DNA of 63,013 nt, from NCBI GenBank assembly GCA_043787035.1, contig JAYVVL010000285.1, positions 1 to 63,013 of the forward strand, given 5' to 3'. Below are positions 1 to 9,989 of the stretch, piece by piece (the stretch's first letter is position 1; each line of letters opens with the position of its first letter). A model generated the notes under the pieces. That model was given only the letters and a program-made list of their open reading frames with translations, was not told where the DNA came from and ran no database searches. Source of the DNA: Synechococcales cyanobacterium (GTDB taxonomy: Bacteria; Cyanobacteriota; Cyanobacteriia; Leptolyngbyales; Leptolyngbyaceae). Both the position numbers and the translations under genes were made by a program.

Positions 1-2
1 AG

Positions 3-2561
3 TTGCCCGATCGCCTTGTCAAACATGCGGTGAAGTATACGGACCATCGATCGGTGGTGCGGGATGACCTCACGCCCATGATGCGCCACTATGCAGATAC
101 GAAGGACCAGTATCCACACGCGCTGTTGTTTTATCGGGTGGGCGATTTTTTTGAGACGTTCTTTCAAGATGCGGTAACAATAGCGCGCGAATTAGAATTG
201 GTTCTGACGAGTAAAGAGGGCGGAAAGGCGATCGGGCGGGTGCCGCTAGCGGGGATTCCTCATCATTCGGTCGATCGCTATTGCGCGCAGTTAGTGGCAA
301 AAGGATTTGCAGTGGCGCTGTGCGATCAGGTGGAAGATCCGGCGGTGGCCGTGGGATTGGTGCGGCGAGAAGTGACGCGGGTGATTACGCCGGGGACGGT
401 GTTGGAGGAAGGAATGCTTCCGGTGCGAAAGAATAATTTTTTGGCGGCTGTGGTGATTGCGAATTCGCACTGGGGGATTGCTTATGCGGATATCTCAACC
501 GGGGAATTTTACACGGCGCAGCATGTGGGCTTGGACCAGTTAAGCCATGAGTTGCAGCGATTGCAACCAGCCGAGGTGTTGTATCCGACGAATGCGCCCG
601 ATTTGGCCCGGTTGTTGCGTCCTGGAGACAGGTCGGATCAGTTGCCGAGCTGTTTGCCAACGCAGTTTTGCTATACGTTGCGGGCGCAGAGCGGGTTTGT
701 ACAGGCAGAGGCTCGCAATCGGATTTTGAATCGGTTTGGGGTACGATCGTTGGAGGGATTTGGGTGCGCAGATTTGCCGTTGGCGGTGCGGGCGGCGGGG
801 GGGTTGTTGGAGTATTTGGAAAGTACGTCGGAGCGATCGTGGCAGGATTCGGTAGGCAAGCAAGTGCCATTGCAGATGCTTTCAACCTATACACTATCGG
901 AGTTTTTAGTGTTGGACGGATCGACGCGGCGGAATTTGGAAATTACGCAAACGCAGCGGGATGGATCGTTCCATGGATCGTTGCTCTGGGCGATCGATCG
1001 CACCATCACACCGATGGGTTCAAGGGCATTGCGTCGTTGGTTGCAGCAGCCGTTGCTCGATACGATCGCCATCTCTGCTCGTCAGCAAACCATTCGTGAA
1101 CTCGTTGATGATGGAATCTTGCGTGAGGAGATTCAGAAGTTACTCCGGCAAATCTATGACCTAGAGCGTTTGGCTGGCCGTGCAGGCTCTGGAACCGCGA
1201 GTCCACGGGATTTGGTTGCGCTTGCTGATTCCTTAGAGAAGCTTCCTGTTTTGGCGGCGTTTGTTCAGGATGCAGTGTCACCTTATTTACGAGTCTTGCA
1301 ATCCGTGCCTGTTGTGCTCACTGAAGCGGCGGCAGATGTTCGATCGGTTTTGGTTGAGAAACCGCCGCTTTCGTTGTCCGATGGGGGGCTGATTCGATCG
1401 GGAATTAATGTCACGCTCGACGATCGGCGGCGGCAGGTAGAGGACGATCAGCAATGGCTAACTAATCTAGAAATCAGCGAACGACTCCGAACGGGAATTG
1501 CAACGCTAAAGGTAGGCTACAGCAAAAACTTTGGTTATTTCTTAAGTGTCACTCGCAGCAAGGTCGCGCAAGTTCCTGATAACTACACGCGAAAACAAAC
1601 CCTCACTAACGAGGAACGCTACATCACTCCCGAACTCAAAGATTGCGAACATCGACTGCTCACGGCAAAGGAAGAATTAGGACGCATTGAGTATGAGATT
1701 TTTGCAGATCTGCGATCGCGGATTGGATTGCGTTCTGAAGAGATTCGATCGGCGGCAAAAGCCGTAGCAGCGGCAGATGTGTTGGCCGGACTAGCTGAAG
1801 TGGCTGTGTATCAGGGCTATGTCTGCCCTAAGATGACGCTGGGACGCGAGGTCGATATTCAAGACGGACGACATCCAGTGGTGGAGCAGTCGATTCCGGC
1901 AGGGTTCTTTGTCCCTAATTCATCCAAGCTCGGAGAGTCTGCCCCAGATTTAGTCATTCTAACCGGACCCAATGCCTCAGGGAAATCGTGCTATCTCAGA
2001 CAAACAGGGTTGATTCAGCTATTAGCTCAGGTGGGAAGTTTTGTCCCTGCGCGATCGGCCAAACTAGGAATCTGCGATCGAATTTTCACGCGGGTTGGTG
2101 CGGTAGATGACTTAGCAACCGGGCAATCTACCTTCATGGTGGAGATGAACGAAACGGCGAATATTCTCAATCATGCAACCGATAAATCATTAGTCTTACT
2201 CGACGAAATTGGAAGAGGAACAGCAACCTTTGATGGACTATCCATTGCTTGGGCGGTGGCGGAATACTTAGCAACGGACTTGCGATCGAGAACCATTTTT
2301 GCAACGCACTATCATGAACTGAACGAACTCGCATCGATTCTAAAAAACGTCGCAAACTATCAGGTGATGGTGAAAGAATTGCCTGATAAAATTGTGTTTT
2401 TACATCGGGTACAGCCGGGAGGAGCCGATCGATCCTATGGCATTGAAGCGGGTAGGTTAGCGGGGTTGCCAACTTCGGTGATTGTGCGTGCAAAGCAAGT
2501 AATGACTCAAATTGAGAAGCATAGTAAGATTGCGGTAGGATTGCGGAAGGGCAATCAGTAA
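3..2561 (+). CDS. mutS: DNA mismatch repair protein MutS
   Basis: 852-aa ORF. N-terminal mismatch-binding block [32 protein letters not shown]. Walker A GPNASGKS, plus [19 protein letters not shown] and THYHEL motifs. The ORF opens with TTG at the window edge, so the true start may lie upstream of position 1. Confidence 0.95.
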   Translation: MPDRLVKHAVKYTDHRSVVRDDLTPMMRHYADTKDQYPHALLFYRVGDFFETFFQDAVTIARELELVLTSKEGGKAIGRVPLAGIPHHSVDRYCAQLVAKGFAVALCDQVEDPAVAVGLVRREVTRVITPGTVLEEGMLPVRKNNFLAAVVIANSHWGIAYADISTGEFYTAQHVGLDQLSHELQRLQPAEVLYPTNAPDLARLLRPGDRSDQLPSCLPTQFCYTLRAQSGFVQAEARNRILNRFGVRSLEGFGCADLPLAVRAAGGLLEYLESTSERSWQDSVGKQVPLQMLSTYTLSEFLVLDGSTRRNLEITQTQRDGSFHGSLLWAIDRTITPMGSRALRRWLQQPLLDTIAISARQQTIRELVDDGILREEIQKLLRQIYDLERLAGRAGSGTASPRDLVALADSLEKLPVLAAFVQDAVSPYLRVLQSVPVVLTEAAADVRSVLVEKPPLSLSDGGLIRSGINVTLDDRRRQVEDDQQWLTNLEISERLRTGIATLKVGYSKNFGYFLSVTRSKVAQVPDNYTRKQTLTNEERYITPELKDCEHRLLTAKEELGRIEYEIFADLRSRIGLRSEEIRSAAKAVAAADVLAGLAEVAVYQGYVCPKMTLGREVDIQDGRHPVVEQSIPAGFFVPNSSKLGESAPDLVILTGPNASGKSCYLRQTGLIQLLAQVGSFVPARSAKLGICDRIFTRVGAVDDLATGQSTFMVEMNETANILNHATDKSLVLLDEIGRGTATFDGLSIAWAVAEYLATDLRSRTIFATHYHELNELASILKNVANYQVMVKELPDKIVFLHRVQPGGADRSYGIEAGRLAGLPTSVIVRAKQVMTQIEKHSKIAVGLRKGNQ

Positions 2562-2853
2562 TCAGATCGTTGCCTGCCAAGTGCGATCGCGCTCACCAAA
2601 TCACCCACATCAAAGTAGCGATCGTTCCCAGTAGCGGGGTCAAACTGGTGGACTCGGTGATTATAAACATCGACCCAAAAAAGCTGTTGATGAGCAGCAT
2701 CCCATACCAGACACTCTCCCAAACGAGCGCGGGCTGTGAGTACATTTTGAACTGACGACTGATTTATGAAACTGTTACCTATGCGAATAAGTAACTCAAC
2801 TCAGATCTTGCACCAGCCTCAATAGACCTCCTGCACGAATCTGGAAACGCCCA

Positions 2854-2964
2854 CCCTGAATTAAAATTCGGGCTAATAGCTAAAGTCCTCTAAAAAGGAC
2901 TGGGAAAGCATTTCAACCCATTGAAATGGGTTTGAGCTATGAGCCAGGAACTTCAGTCCCTGGC
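2854..2964. repeat. Cluster of four short hairpins between convergent mutS and GH63 genes
   Basis: Read directly: ccctgaattaaaattcggg (2854-2872), agtcct-ctaaaa-aggact (2884-2901), aacccat-tgaa-atgggtt (2915-2932), gccagg-N10-cctggc (2943-2964). Stems are 6-8 bp with no clear U-tracts. Could be stacked terminators or a small dispersed hairpin element. Confidence 0.4.
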
Positions 2965-2995
2965 GGTTGTTGCGAGTGCAAGATCTAACTCAAAC

Positions 2996-5725
2996 CTAAT
3001 ACTTTGTCAGTTCTCCAGGCGTGACCGTATTCATCACTATTTCTGGAGTAAAGTAGCCCAAAGCTTGGATGATCCGAGCAACGCAGCCAGTCCATCCAGT
3101 TTGGTGACTGGCACCAATTCCTGCCCCGCTATCTCCGTTGAAATATTCGTAGAACAAAATCAGATCGCGCCAGTGCGGGTCGGTCTGAAACTTCTCGGCA
3201 CCTCCATAGACTGGGCGGCGACCCGATTCATCCTTGAGGAAAATGCTCACAATCCGTTCGCTGATTTGTTGGGTGACAGCAAACAGCGATAGATGTTCAC
3301 CAGACCCAGTGGGATATTCAATCGTGAAGGCATCGCCGTAGTAGCTATAGAGTTGCAGCAGCGATCGAATCAACAATAAGTTGACAGGCATCCAGATAGG
3401 GCCGCGCCAATTAGAATTGCCGCCAAACATCCCTGAAGTCGAGTCACCGGGAACATATCCGACTTTAAACTCCTGCCCTTCGTGATGGTAGTAGTAGGGG
3501 TTTTCTAAATGATGGCGAGAAAGGGAGCGAATCCCATAATCGCTGAGGAACTCGGATTCATCTAGCATTCTGGAGAGAACGCGGCGCAATTTATCTTCGT
3601 TCAAGATAGATAACATCAGCCGATTTCGCTCACCCGGTTTAATGGGTAGATGGGTGTTTTGAGTTAACTCAGGATGACGCATAATGAACAACTGTGCCCG
3701 TTCTTTGAGGCGCGGCAGCTTTTCAAAAGCTTCACGAGGGAAGACGGCAACTGCCATCAGTGACAACAAACCGACCAACGATCGCACCTTTAAGCGGGTA
3801 GAGTTGCCATTGGGCAAGCGCAGCACATCGTAGAAGAAGCCATCTTCTTCGTCCCATAGTTCGTCCTGGTGGTCACCAATCCGATCCATGGCTCCCGCAA
3901 TCCACATCGTGTGTTCAAAAAACTTAATCGCCAGGTCTTCGTAGATAGGATCGTGGAGTGCCAGCTCGATGGCAATCTGAAACATCCGCTGACTAAAGAA
4001 CGCCATCCAGGCAGTGCCGTCTGCTTGTTCCAGATGCCCCCCCGTCGGTAAAGCCGAACTGCGATCGAACACACTAATGTTATCCAATCCCAAAAATCCG
4101 CCCTGGAACAAATTGTTGCCACCTTCATCTTTGCGGTTGATCCACCAGGTGAAGTTGATCAGCAGTTTGGAGAAAGCGTATTTGAGGAATTCAGTATCTC
4201 CTACGCCGTTGTTCCGTTCGCGATCGCGGGTGTATATCTCCCAGGCAGCAAACGCATGGACGGGCGGATTCACGTCGCCAAAGTTCCATTCATAGGCAGG
4301 AATTTGACCGTTGGGATGCAGATAATCTTCCCGCAGCATCAGCAGCAGTTGATCTTTGGCAAAGTCGGGATCAATAAGACTAATCGGAATCACATGGAAC
4401 GCCAGATCCCATGCCGCATACCAAGGATATTCCCATTTATCTGGCATAGAAACGATATCGTCGTTGTACATATGAAACCAATCGCTGTTCCGCACATCCT
4501 TCCGATCGCCTGGAGATGACCAGGGAGTGACGTTGCGCTCTCGCAGCCATTGATCTACGTCATAGTAGAAGTATTGTTTCGTCCACATCATCCCGGCTAA
4601 GGCTTGCCGCATCACGTTAGCGCGATCGTGATCTGCCTGAACTGCGGGCGGAATCACCGTCGCATAAAACTCATCTGCTTCCTGAAGACGAGCCGCAAAC
4701 TGTTGGTCAAAATAAGCACCAAACGGATCACCGATCTGATCTGGAGCCTGTTTTGAAAGGCGCAATCGGATCACCTTTGTCTCTCCAGCCCCGATTGTGA
4801 TGTCGTAGTGGGGCGAAACTTTGGTGCCGACATCGCTGGGATTAACGGCATCCTGCTGTCCATGCACGATCGCGTTGTTGATGCCATCTTTGACAAAGGG
4901 ACTGGCATTCAGCGTCCCAGACAGCCGCTGATGGTTCGTTTCATTTTCTGTGAACAGCAGCGGAGCCACGCCATCGTAGTAGAAATAATAATCGCTGATG
5001 TATTGATTCAGCAAAGTGTCGTTAATGTGAGCATGGACAACACTGTTGCCAGTTCCTTCAATCTTCGTGAGTGCGGGCTTGGCTCCCCCTACCGACCAAG
5101 ACCAGGTGTTACGAAACCACAAGGTTGGCAATATATGAATCGGAGCCGCTTCGGGGCCCCGGTTGGCAATGCTGATTTGAATCAAAACATCTTCGGCATC
5201 TGCTTTGGCATATTCCACAAACACGTCGAAATAGCGATCGTCGTCAAAGATGCCTGTATCTAGCAGCTCATATTCCAGTTCATCACGATTGCGATTGCGG
5301 TTGGTTTCAACCAAATCATTATAAGGAAACTCGGCTTGGGGATATTTGTAGAGATACTTCATATACGAGTGAGTCGGCGTGCTGTCGAGGTAAAAGTAGT
5401 ACTCTTTTACATCTTCGCCGTGATTGCCTTCGCTGTTGGTCAACCCAAACAGCCGCTCTTTAATAATCGGGTCTTTGCCATTCCACAGCGCTACCGCAAA
5501 GCAGAGCAGGTTGTGGTTGTCGGTGATTCCGCCCAGTCCATCTTCGCCCCAGCGATAGGCGCGCGATCGGGCGTGATCGTGCGGGAAATAATTCCAAGCA
5601 TTCCCATCTGAGCTGTAGTCTTCGCGCACCGTTCCCCACTGGCGTTCGCTGATATACGGTCCCCATTTATACCAATCGACTTCGCCGATGCGGGTTTGTT
5701 TAAGCCGTTGCTCTTCTGCGCTCAT
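2996..5725 (-). CDS. GH63-like (MGH1-type) glycoside hydrolase / glucosidase
   Basis: 909-aa ORF. The N-terminus WYKWGPYISERQWGTVREDYSSDGNAWNYFPHDHARSRAYRWGEDGLGG and the large C-terminal (alpha/alpha)6-type region match my memory of the bacterial GH63/MGH1-like family of about 890 aa. Confidence 0.8.
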   Translation of the reverse strand: MSAEEQRLKQTRIGEVDWYKWGPYISERQWGTVREDYSSDGNAWNYFPHDHARSRAYRWGEDGLGGITDNHNLLCFAVALWNGKDPIIKERLFGLTNSEGNHGEDVKEYYFYLDSTPTHSYMKYLYKYPQAEFPYNDLVETNRNRNRDELEYELLDTGIFDDDRYFDVFVEYAKADAEDVLIQISIANRGPEAAPIHILPTLWFRNTWSWSVGGAKPALTKIEGTGNSVVHAHINDTLLNQYISDYYFYYDGVAPLLFTENETNHQRLSGTLNASPFVKDGINNAIVHGQQDAVNPSDVGTKVSPHYDITIGAGETKVIRLRLSKQAPDQIGDPFGAYFDQQFAARLQEADEFYATVIPPAVQADHDRANVMRQALAGMMWTKQYFYYDVDQWLRERNVTPWSSPGDRKDVRNSDWFHMYNDDIVSMPDKWEYPWYAAWDLAFHVIPISLIDPDFAKDQLLLMLREDYLHPNGQIPAYEWNFGDVNPPVHAFAAWEIYTRDRERNNGVGDTEFLKYAFSKLLINFTWWINRKDEGGNNLFQGGFLGLDNISVFDRSSALPTGGHLEQADGTAWMAFFSQRMFQIAIELALHDPIYEDLAIKFFEHTMWIAGAMDRIGDHQDELWDEEDGFFYDVLRLPNGNSTRLKVRSLVGLLSLMAVAVFPREAFEKLPRLKERAQLFIMRHPELTQNTHLPIKPGERNRLMLSILNEDKLRRVLSRMLDESEFLSDYGIRSLSRHHLENPYYYHHEGQEFKVGYVPGDSTSGMFGGNSNWRGPIWMPVNLLLIRSLLQLYSYYGDAFTIEYPTGSGEHLSLFAVTQQISERIVSIFLKDESGRRPVYGGAEKFQTDPHWRDLILFYEYFNGDSGAGIGASHQTGWTGCVARIIQALGYFTPEIVMNTVTPGELTKY

Positions 5726-5787
5726 AGATGTTTCCTGAATATCTGACGTTTGTTAAGGATTCAATCTGAGTAATGCTGCATTGTATC

Positions 5788-6125
5788 CTAGGCTGGCCAA
5801 GATTCTCGGAAGTCGGCGTAGAGCGTCAGTCCGCCATCAATAGACAGAGTTTGTCCAGTAATATAGGTAGCTTCATCTGATGCCAGAAAAGCAACCGCCG
5901 CCGCCATTTCATCAGAAGTTCCGGTTCGCCCCATCGGGATATGGCTTTCAACGATCGCTTTCTTTTCTAAATCGGCTGTCCAGCTTTCGTTGATCGGGGT
6001 TACGGTGGCTCCGGGCGCGATCGCGCACACAGATAAGCGCCTCGCAGATTGACAGCGATGACTTGATCAAACTGAGTAGTTGGAACGTCGTGCGAGACAC
6101 CTTCCGTTTGAATTGATCCTCGCGA
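5788..6125 (-). pseudogene. Short-chain dehydrogenase/reductase remnant (N-terminus and central part deleted)
   Basis: The C-terminal SDR block IAPGATVTPINESW...MGRTGTSDEMAAAVAFLASDEATYITGQTLSIDGGL is intact (5788-6030). Upstream, in another frame, lies the mid-SDR block [21 protein letters not shown]. The Rossmann TGxxxGxG N-terminus and the S/YxxxK catalytic segment are missing. The frame break sits on the palindrome gcgcgatcgcgc (6015-6026). Confidence 0.7.
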
Positions 6126-6349
6126 TCGACCTGCTCAACGGCAAATATGTGCGCCTTTATCAGGGCGATTATGATCAAGCAGAAGTCTTTAACGAAGATG
6201 CGGTTGCAATGGCGCAACAGTGGGTTAACCAAGGTGCAACCCGACTGCATCTTGTCGATTTAGACGGCGCTAAAGCTGGATATCCTGTGAATTTAGAGGT
6301 CATTTCAGCAAGTTTTCTTTTCAAAAAGTGCCATAATCACGCAAACTAG
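6080..6349 (+). pseudogene. hisA: hisA (ProFAR isomerase) N-terminal fragment
   Basis: [63 protein letters not shown] is a typical HisA N-terminus of about 65 aa. Similarity then stops and the ORF ends after unrelated residues ([12 protein letters not shown]). A full HisA is about 250 aa. Confidence 0.7.
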
Positions 6350-6474
6350 ACAGGCAACTGAATTCTAACAATTTATGGTGAAGGTGAAATGTGAACCAAA
6401 ACAAACGCGAACAGCAGGGTTTCACAAACCGCTGAACCAAACCCAGTTCAAAGCAGATTATCTCAACAACATTC

Positions 6475-6520
6475 CTTGCAAAACTCTATGATCAAACCTT
6501 GCAGAACTCTGTGATCAAAC
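6475..6520 (+). repeat. 23-bp tandem duplication spanning the lipoprotein start codon
   Basis: cttgcaaaactctatgatcaaac (6475-6497) is followed directly by cttgcagaactctgtgatcaaac (6498-6520), with 2 transitions. Copy 1 carries ATG, copy 2 carries GTG. Confidence 0.9.
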
Positions 6521-7026
6521 CTCTATCATTGTCTGTTCTCAGCTTTTTAGTGATTGGGCTAACTGCTTGTTCCCAATCGTTTGATGCTGGAAACCCACAG
6601 CCGAGCGCGACCGTTACGGCTTCGACGACTCCAATAAAAAGTCCGCAGTCACCAGCACCCGTTGCCGTCTCTCCTACAAGACCAACTGGCCCCAGTCTGA
6701 GTCAACTCTTTAGTCGAGTTTGGCGAGTCACGAAAGCGCCCTCTCAGCCTCCATCGGGCAGCATTTATGTCTTTCTGCCCAACGGAACGCTGCTGCAAAC
6801 TTCTTGTGTCGAAACCTATCGTGTCGCCGCTTGGACAGTTGATAAATCAGCGCCTCGCGTTTTGCGTGTTGTGGAAGATGGACAACTAGCTTACACTGCG
6901 ACAATCGCTCAATTAACCGATACCACGCTGCAACTTCAGAAAAATCTGGTTCGCAGCAACGAAAAACAAGCGGTGACGCTAACGGCAGTTCAACAAGAGT
7001 TTGTCTGCCCTGATTCACGTAAATAA
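6511..7026 (+). CDS. Hypothetical lipoprotein
   Basis: The ORF track starts it at TTG 6499. GTG 6511 gives MIKPLSLSVLSFLVIGLTAC, a textbook lipoprotein signal with lipobox LTAC. There is a Pro/Ser/Thr-rich linker. The mature domain is not recognised. Confidence 0.6.
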   Translation: MIKPLSLSVLSFLVIGLTACSQSFDAGNPQPSATVTASTTPIKSPQSPAPVAVSPTRPTGPSLSQLFSRVWRVTKAPSQPPSGSIYVFLPNGTLLQTSCVETYRVAAWTVDKSAPRVLRVVEDGQLAYTATIAQLTDTTLQLQKNLVRSNEKQAVTLTAVQQEFVCPDSRK

Positions 7027-7056
7027 CCCGCCATCAAACCTTACTAGGAAAAAACA

Positions 7057-7731
7057 ATGAAGACTAAAAATTGGGCGATCGCGCTTTGCTCTGCCACGAT
7101 CGCAGTGGCTCTGTCAATCTCCACCGCATCAGCCGAAACTGTAGAAGTCATAATTAATCAACTTAGGGTGCGCTCAGGCCCTGGTCTGGAATACAGTGTC
7201 ATCACTGCGTTCGATAAAGGCGTTCGTGTCAACAGAATCAAGCAACAAGGCAACTGGGCATATATTGCGGCTGGACGGGTCGAAGGCTGGGTCTATGCTC
7301 CCTACATTAAGATTGTTGGCTCTGTCCCTGGCCCTGGCACCGGAGGAGGTTCAGGCGGCGGCAATATCGGAACAGGACCAGCTCCTTCGCGCTATCAATC
7401 GATTGGAACCATCAGCAACGCGCGGTATAGTGGCTCTGGCAGCGCAAACGCGCAAATTGTTGCACCCAATCGAGTTGTCGTCAATGTGGTATCAGACAAT
7501 CGTGTTGACCCCTTTTCAGTCACCTACTACGCTGAGATTATAGGTCGCTCTAACGGAAAAATCACAGCGAATGTAACCGCGTTTGCGTCTACGCTGACGA
7601 AAAATCAACCCATCCCGAAGAATGGGAGATGCGAGATTGTAGTCAGCCCTGATAGCAACGTCCTGCGATCTTTAGACTGCCAAGCTAATAGTGGACTTGA
7701 TTACGGTAAAACAACCTTCAGAGGACGCTAA
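7057..7731 (+). CDS. Secreted SH3b-domain protein
   Basis: Signal peptide MKTKNWAIALCSATIAVALSISTASA. SH3b block LRVRSGPGLEYSVITAFDKGVRVNRIKQQGNWAYIAAGRVEGWVYAPYI. Gly-rich linker and an unknown C-terminal domain. Confidence 0.7.
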   Translation: MKTKNWAIALCSATIAVALSISTASAETVEVIINQLRVRSGPGLEYSVITAFDKGVRVNRIKQQGNWAYIAAGRVEGWVYAPYIKIVGSVPGPGTGGGSGGGNIGTGPAPSRYQSIGTISNARYSGSGSANAQIVAPNRVVVNVVSDNRVDPFSVTYYAEIIGRSNGKITANVTAFASTLTKNQPIPKNGRCEIVVSPDSNVLRSLDCQANSGLDYGKTTFRGR

Positions 7732-7734
7732 GCC

Positions 7735-8424
7735 ATGCAATCCGATCCTCAAACGGTGCCGACAAAATCTACTGCAACCATTCGCGCTTACGCAGCGATC
7801 GCTGGGACGATCGTGTGGTTAGTATTGATTCTACAGTTTTATTTGATGACAACGGTCGCGATCGACAAAGGTGTAGGAGTATGGGTGAGCACGGCTAGAT
7901 TCTTTAGCTACTTCACTATTCTAACAAACACTTTGGTGGCATTAGCCTACACGGTGCCTTTAATTCTGCCGAGAAGCCGCTGGGGTCAGTTCTTTTCTAG
8001 CGCAAACGTCAGAACCGCGATCGCCGTTTATATTGCGCTTGTTAACCTCATCTACTCGATTGCGCTCAGGAACGTTTGGAACCCGCAGGGTTGGCAACTG
8101 GTAGCGGATAGAGTTCTACACGACGTTAATCCAATCCTGTATATTGTGTTTTGGTTCCTGTTCGTTCCGAAGTCAACTGTGCAATGGCGAAATCTACCTG
8201 CTTGGCTGATTTATCCACTTGTGTATATAGTCGTCATACTAGTCCAAGGCGCAATCTTTAACTGGTATCCCTACCCGTTTTTAGAAGTGGGTAAATTCGG
8301 CTACCCGCAGGTGTTGTTAACTACAGTGATTCTGGCTGCCGGGGTTTGTGTGGCTAGTGCAGTTTTTATTGTCATTGCCCGTCTGACACAGCGCAATCGT
8401 CGGTCTAGAGAAACTGGGAGCTAA
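7735..8424 (+). CDS. Integral membrane protein (about 6 TM), family uncertain (possibly Pr6Pr/FAR-17a-like)
   Basis: 229-aa ORF starting 4 nt after the SH3b gene. It has six hydrophobic segments (e.g. FSYFTILTNTLVALAY). The family name is from memory only. Confidence 0.55.
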   Translation: MQSDPQTVPTKSTATIRAYAAIAGTIVWLVLILQFYLMTTVAIDKGVGVWVSTARFFSYFTILTNTLVALAYTVPLILPRSRWGQFFSSANVRTAIAVYIALVNLIYSIALRNVWNPQGWQLVADRVLHDVNPILYIVFWFLFVPKSTVQWRNLPAWLIYPLVYIVVILVQGAIFNWYPYPFLEVGKFGYPQVLLTTVILAAGVCVASAVFIVIARLTQRNRRSRETGS

Positions 8425-8849
8425 GTACACTGCGATTCTTGAGAGGTCAGATTTGAGACATTGCAAAACGTCGGGATAATTTGGGTATGGGCAATCCACT
8501 CGTGGTTGCCCTCTGTCAAGTTCAAAAAACATTGCTGCACTGCCCCAACTTCACGGGTAATTACCCCTCCCTCTACCAAAACGTATAGGTTGCGGGTGTT
8601 GAACAAGCCATCTCCAGACTGCTCAATGTTATAGGCACCCAGTAACGTAGTTTGACGGTTGTAGGCAAAAATCTGCCAGCGCTTTTGCTCTGGAATCTGC
8701 GTCGGCAACAACAGAACCGTAAAACATCCGACGTTGCTGAATCCAAATATGAACCACCAGATCAGCCCTCTCCCTAGGGAGAGGAACCAGAGGCGCGGTT
8801 TCCGACCCGCTTTGCGAGGAGGGCAAAGGCTAAAACGTAGCCCGAACAT
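8421..8849 (-). CDS. Hypothetical membrane-anchored protein
   Basis: 142-aa ORF with one TM (LIWWFIFGFSNVGCFTVLLL). It lies downstream of, and co-directional with, the lyase-like gene. No recognisable motif. Confidence 0.35.
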   Translation of the reverse strand: MFGLRFSLCPPRKAGRKPRLWFLSLGRGLIWWFIFGFSNVGCFTVLLLPTQIPEQKRWQIFAYNRQTTLLGAYNIEQSGDGLFNTRNLYVLVEGGVITREVGAVQQCFLNLTEGNHEWIAHTQIIPTFCNVSNLTSQESQCT

Positions 8850-8945
8850 TATCGGTTTTATTCAATTCGCAATTCCTAGGGCTTTCGCCCACTGCGATTA
8901 AATCCCATACTAATTACCAGACTCTATGCTCTTACGGCGTAATTG

Positions 8946-9851
8946 CTACCTAATTTTGTCCGAACTATTGTTGACTGAGAAGTTGGTGAAATCAACAGTG
9001 ACTTCTTTAGGAGTTGCCCACGATTGATCGCTGCCGCCAAAAAATGTTGAGAAGAAAATGCCCTCAATTTTTAGCTTTTCAGTTGTCCGAAACTGAAGGT
9101 TGCTTTGATCCAACACTTTCTTTCCGTCTAGCCAAACTTGAACGCGACCGTTTTTCTGATCAGGATTGTTCAGGTCAACCTGTTGTTCTAGATGGTGCCA
9201 AGTACCGGGTGTAAAGTACCAGTTGCCCCGTCCGATCGAGGTTCCATAATGAGAGCTGGTCGGTAAATAAGCATAAACCTCACCTTTACCGTCTCTCCGC
9301 CACATGAAGCGGGTAGAAAAGCCATTCGTGCCGTCGGGGTCATTTCCACCGCTGGTTTGAGTTCCGCCAAACAACCCTGGCAACTTTCCACCTTTAACAA
9401 AGTCAAAATCTTGAGAGAAGCGGACATAGTAGCTTAATAGCAGAGAGTCTTGGGGTGCTAAATTTAGATCTGCGTAAAATTGAACCCCGCCCAAAGGTGC
9501 GCCCGTCTTACGGTTAACTGCGGGACTAGCAGACCCTGCTGGATAGCGAACTCTCAACACTTGTGAGAATTTAGGGTCAGCAGTAATGGTTGCATTTTGC
9601 CAACCCCAATCACCTTGACTGCGAATGTGCCACTGAGATCGCCAGTCAGACCTGGAGAAATCTCCTGCCCACAGACGTTTTCTAGCAGAACGATCGCTTG
9701 CGTCGGATACTTTACCAGACTCAGAACGAGGGGATGGATCAAAGTTTTCAACGGCTACTGTTGAATTTGGTTGACTACAGCCGCTCATAATCACGGCGAA
9801 ACTTAGTAACACAAACAGCCACAGAGAAGCCTGAGCAATTATAGATTTCAC
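8946..9851 (-). CDS. Polysaccharide-lyase-like lipoprotein (concanavalin-fold, PL14/PF14099-like)
   Basis: Lipoprotein signal MKSIIAQASLWLFVLLSFAVIMSGC. The blocks FDFVKGGKLPGLFGG, GFSTRFMWRRDGKGEVYAYLP, NGRVQVWLDGKKV and IFFSTFFGG match my memory of the polysaccharide-lyase family that includes PL14 alginate/glucuronan lyases. Confidence 0.6.
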   Translation of the reverse strand: MKSIIAQASLWLFVLLSFAVIMSGCSQPNSTVAVENFDPSPRSESGKVSDASDRSARKRLWAGDFSRSDWRSQWHIRSQGDWGWQNATITADPKFSQVLRVRYPAGSASPAVNRKTGAPLGGVQFYADLNLAPQDSLLLSYYVRFSQDFDFVKGGKLPGLFGGTQTSGGNDPDGTNGFSTRFMWRRDGKGEVYAYLPTSSHYGTSIGRGNWYFTPGTWHHLEQQVDLNNPDQKNGRVQVWLDGKKVLDQSNLQFRTTEKLKIEGIFFSTFFGGSDQSWATPKEVTVDFTNFSVNNSSDKIR

Positions 9852-9989
9852 GGCTTATGCAAAGGGATAGATTTGCTGAAAGAGTTGGAGCAGAGTTAGC
9901 GATACGAGACCCTCGCCGTAACATCAGTTCGACAGAAGCCGCTGACAACGCAGCGAAAAAACTCGTCGAACTGACGTTAAATAGATTTA

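Noticed and set aside
385-1281. Long ORFs antisense to or overlapping mutS (385-894, 540-863, 668-1099, 1006-1281)
   Set aside because: These are shadow ORFs typical of GC-rich coding sequence. Their translations are Pro/Arg/Ala-rich low-complexity sequence, and MutS motifs occupy the other frame.
2570-2755. Small ORFs in the spacer after mutS: plus-strand 61 aa, and a minus-strand 50-aa two-TM candidate (2593-2745, MYSQPALVWESVWYGMLLINSFFGSMFIITESTSLTPLLGTIATLMWVIW)
   Set aside because: There is no Shine-Dalgarno sequence and no recognisable family, and the two candidates exclude each other. The minus-strand one is plausible as a small membrane protein, but I cannot support it from sequence alone.
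5948-6250. 100-aa minus-strand ORF across the SDR/hisA scar
   Set aside because: It is the wrong frame relative to both recognisable remnants, and the translation shows no motif.
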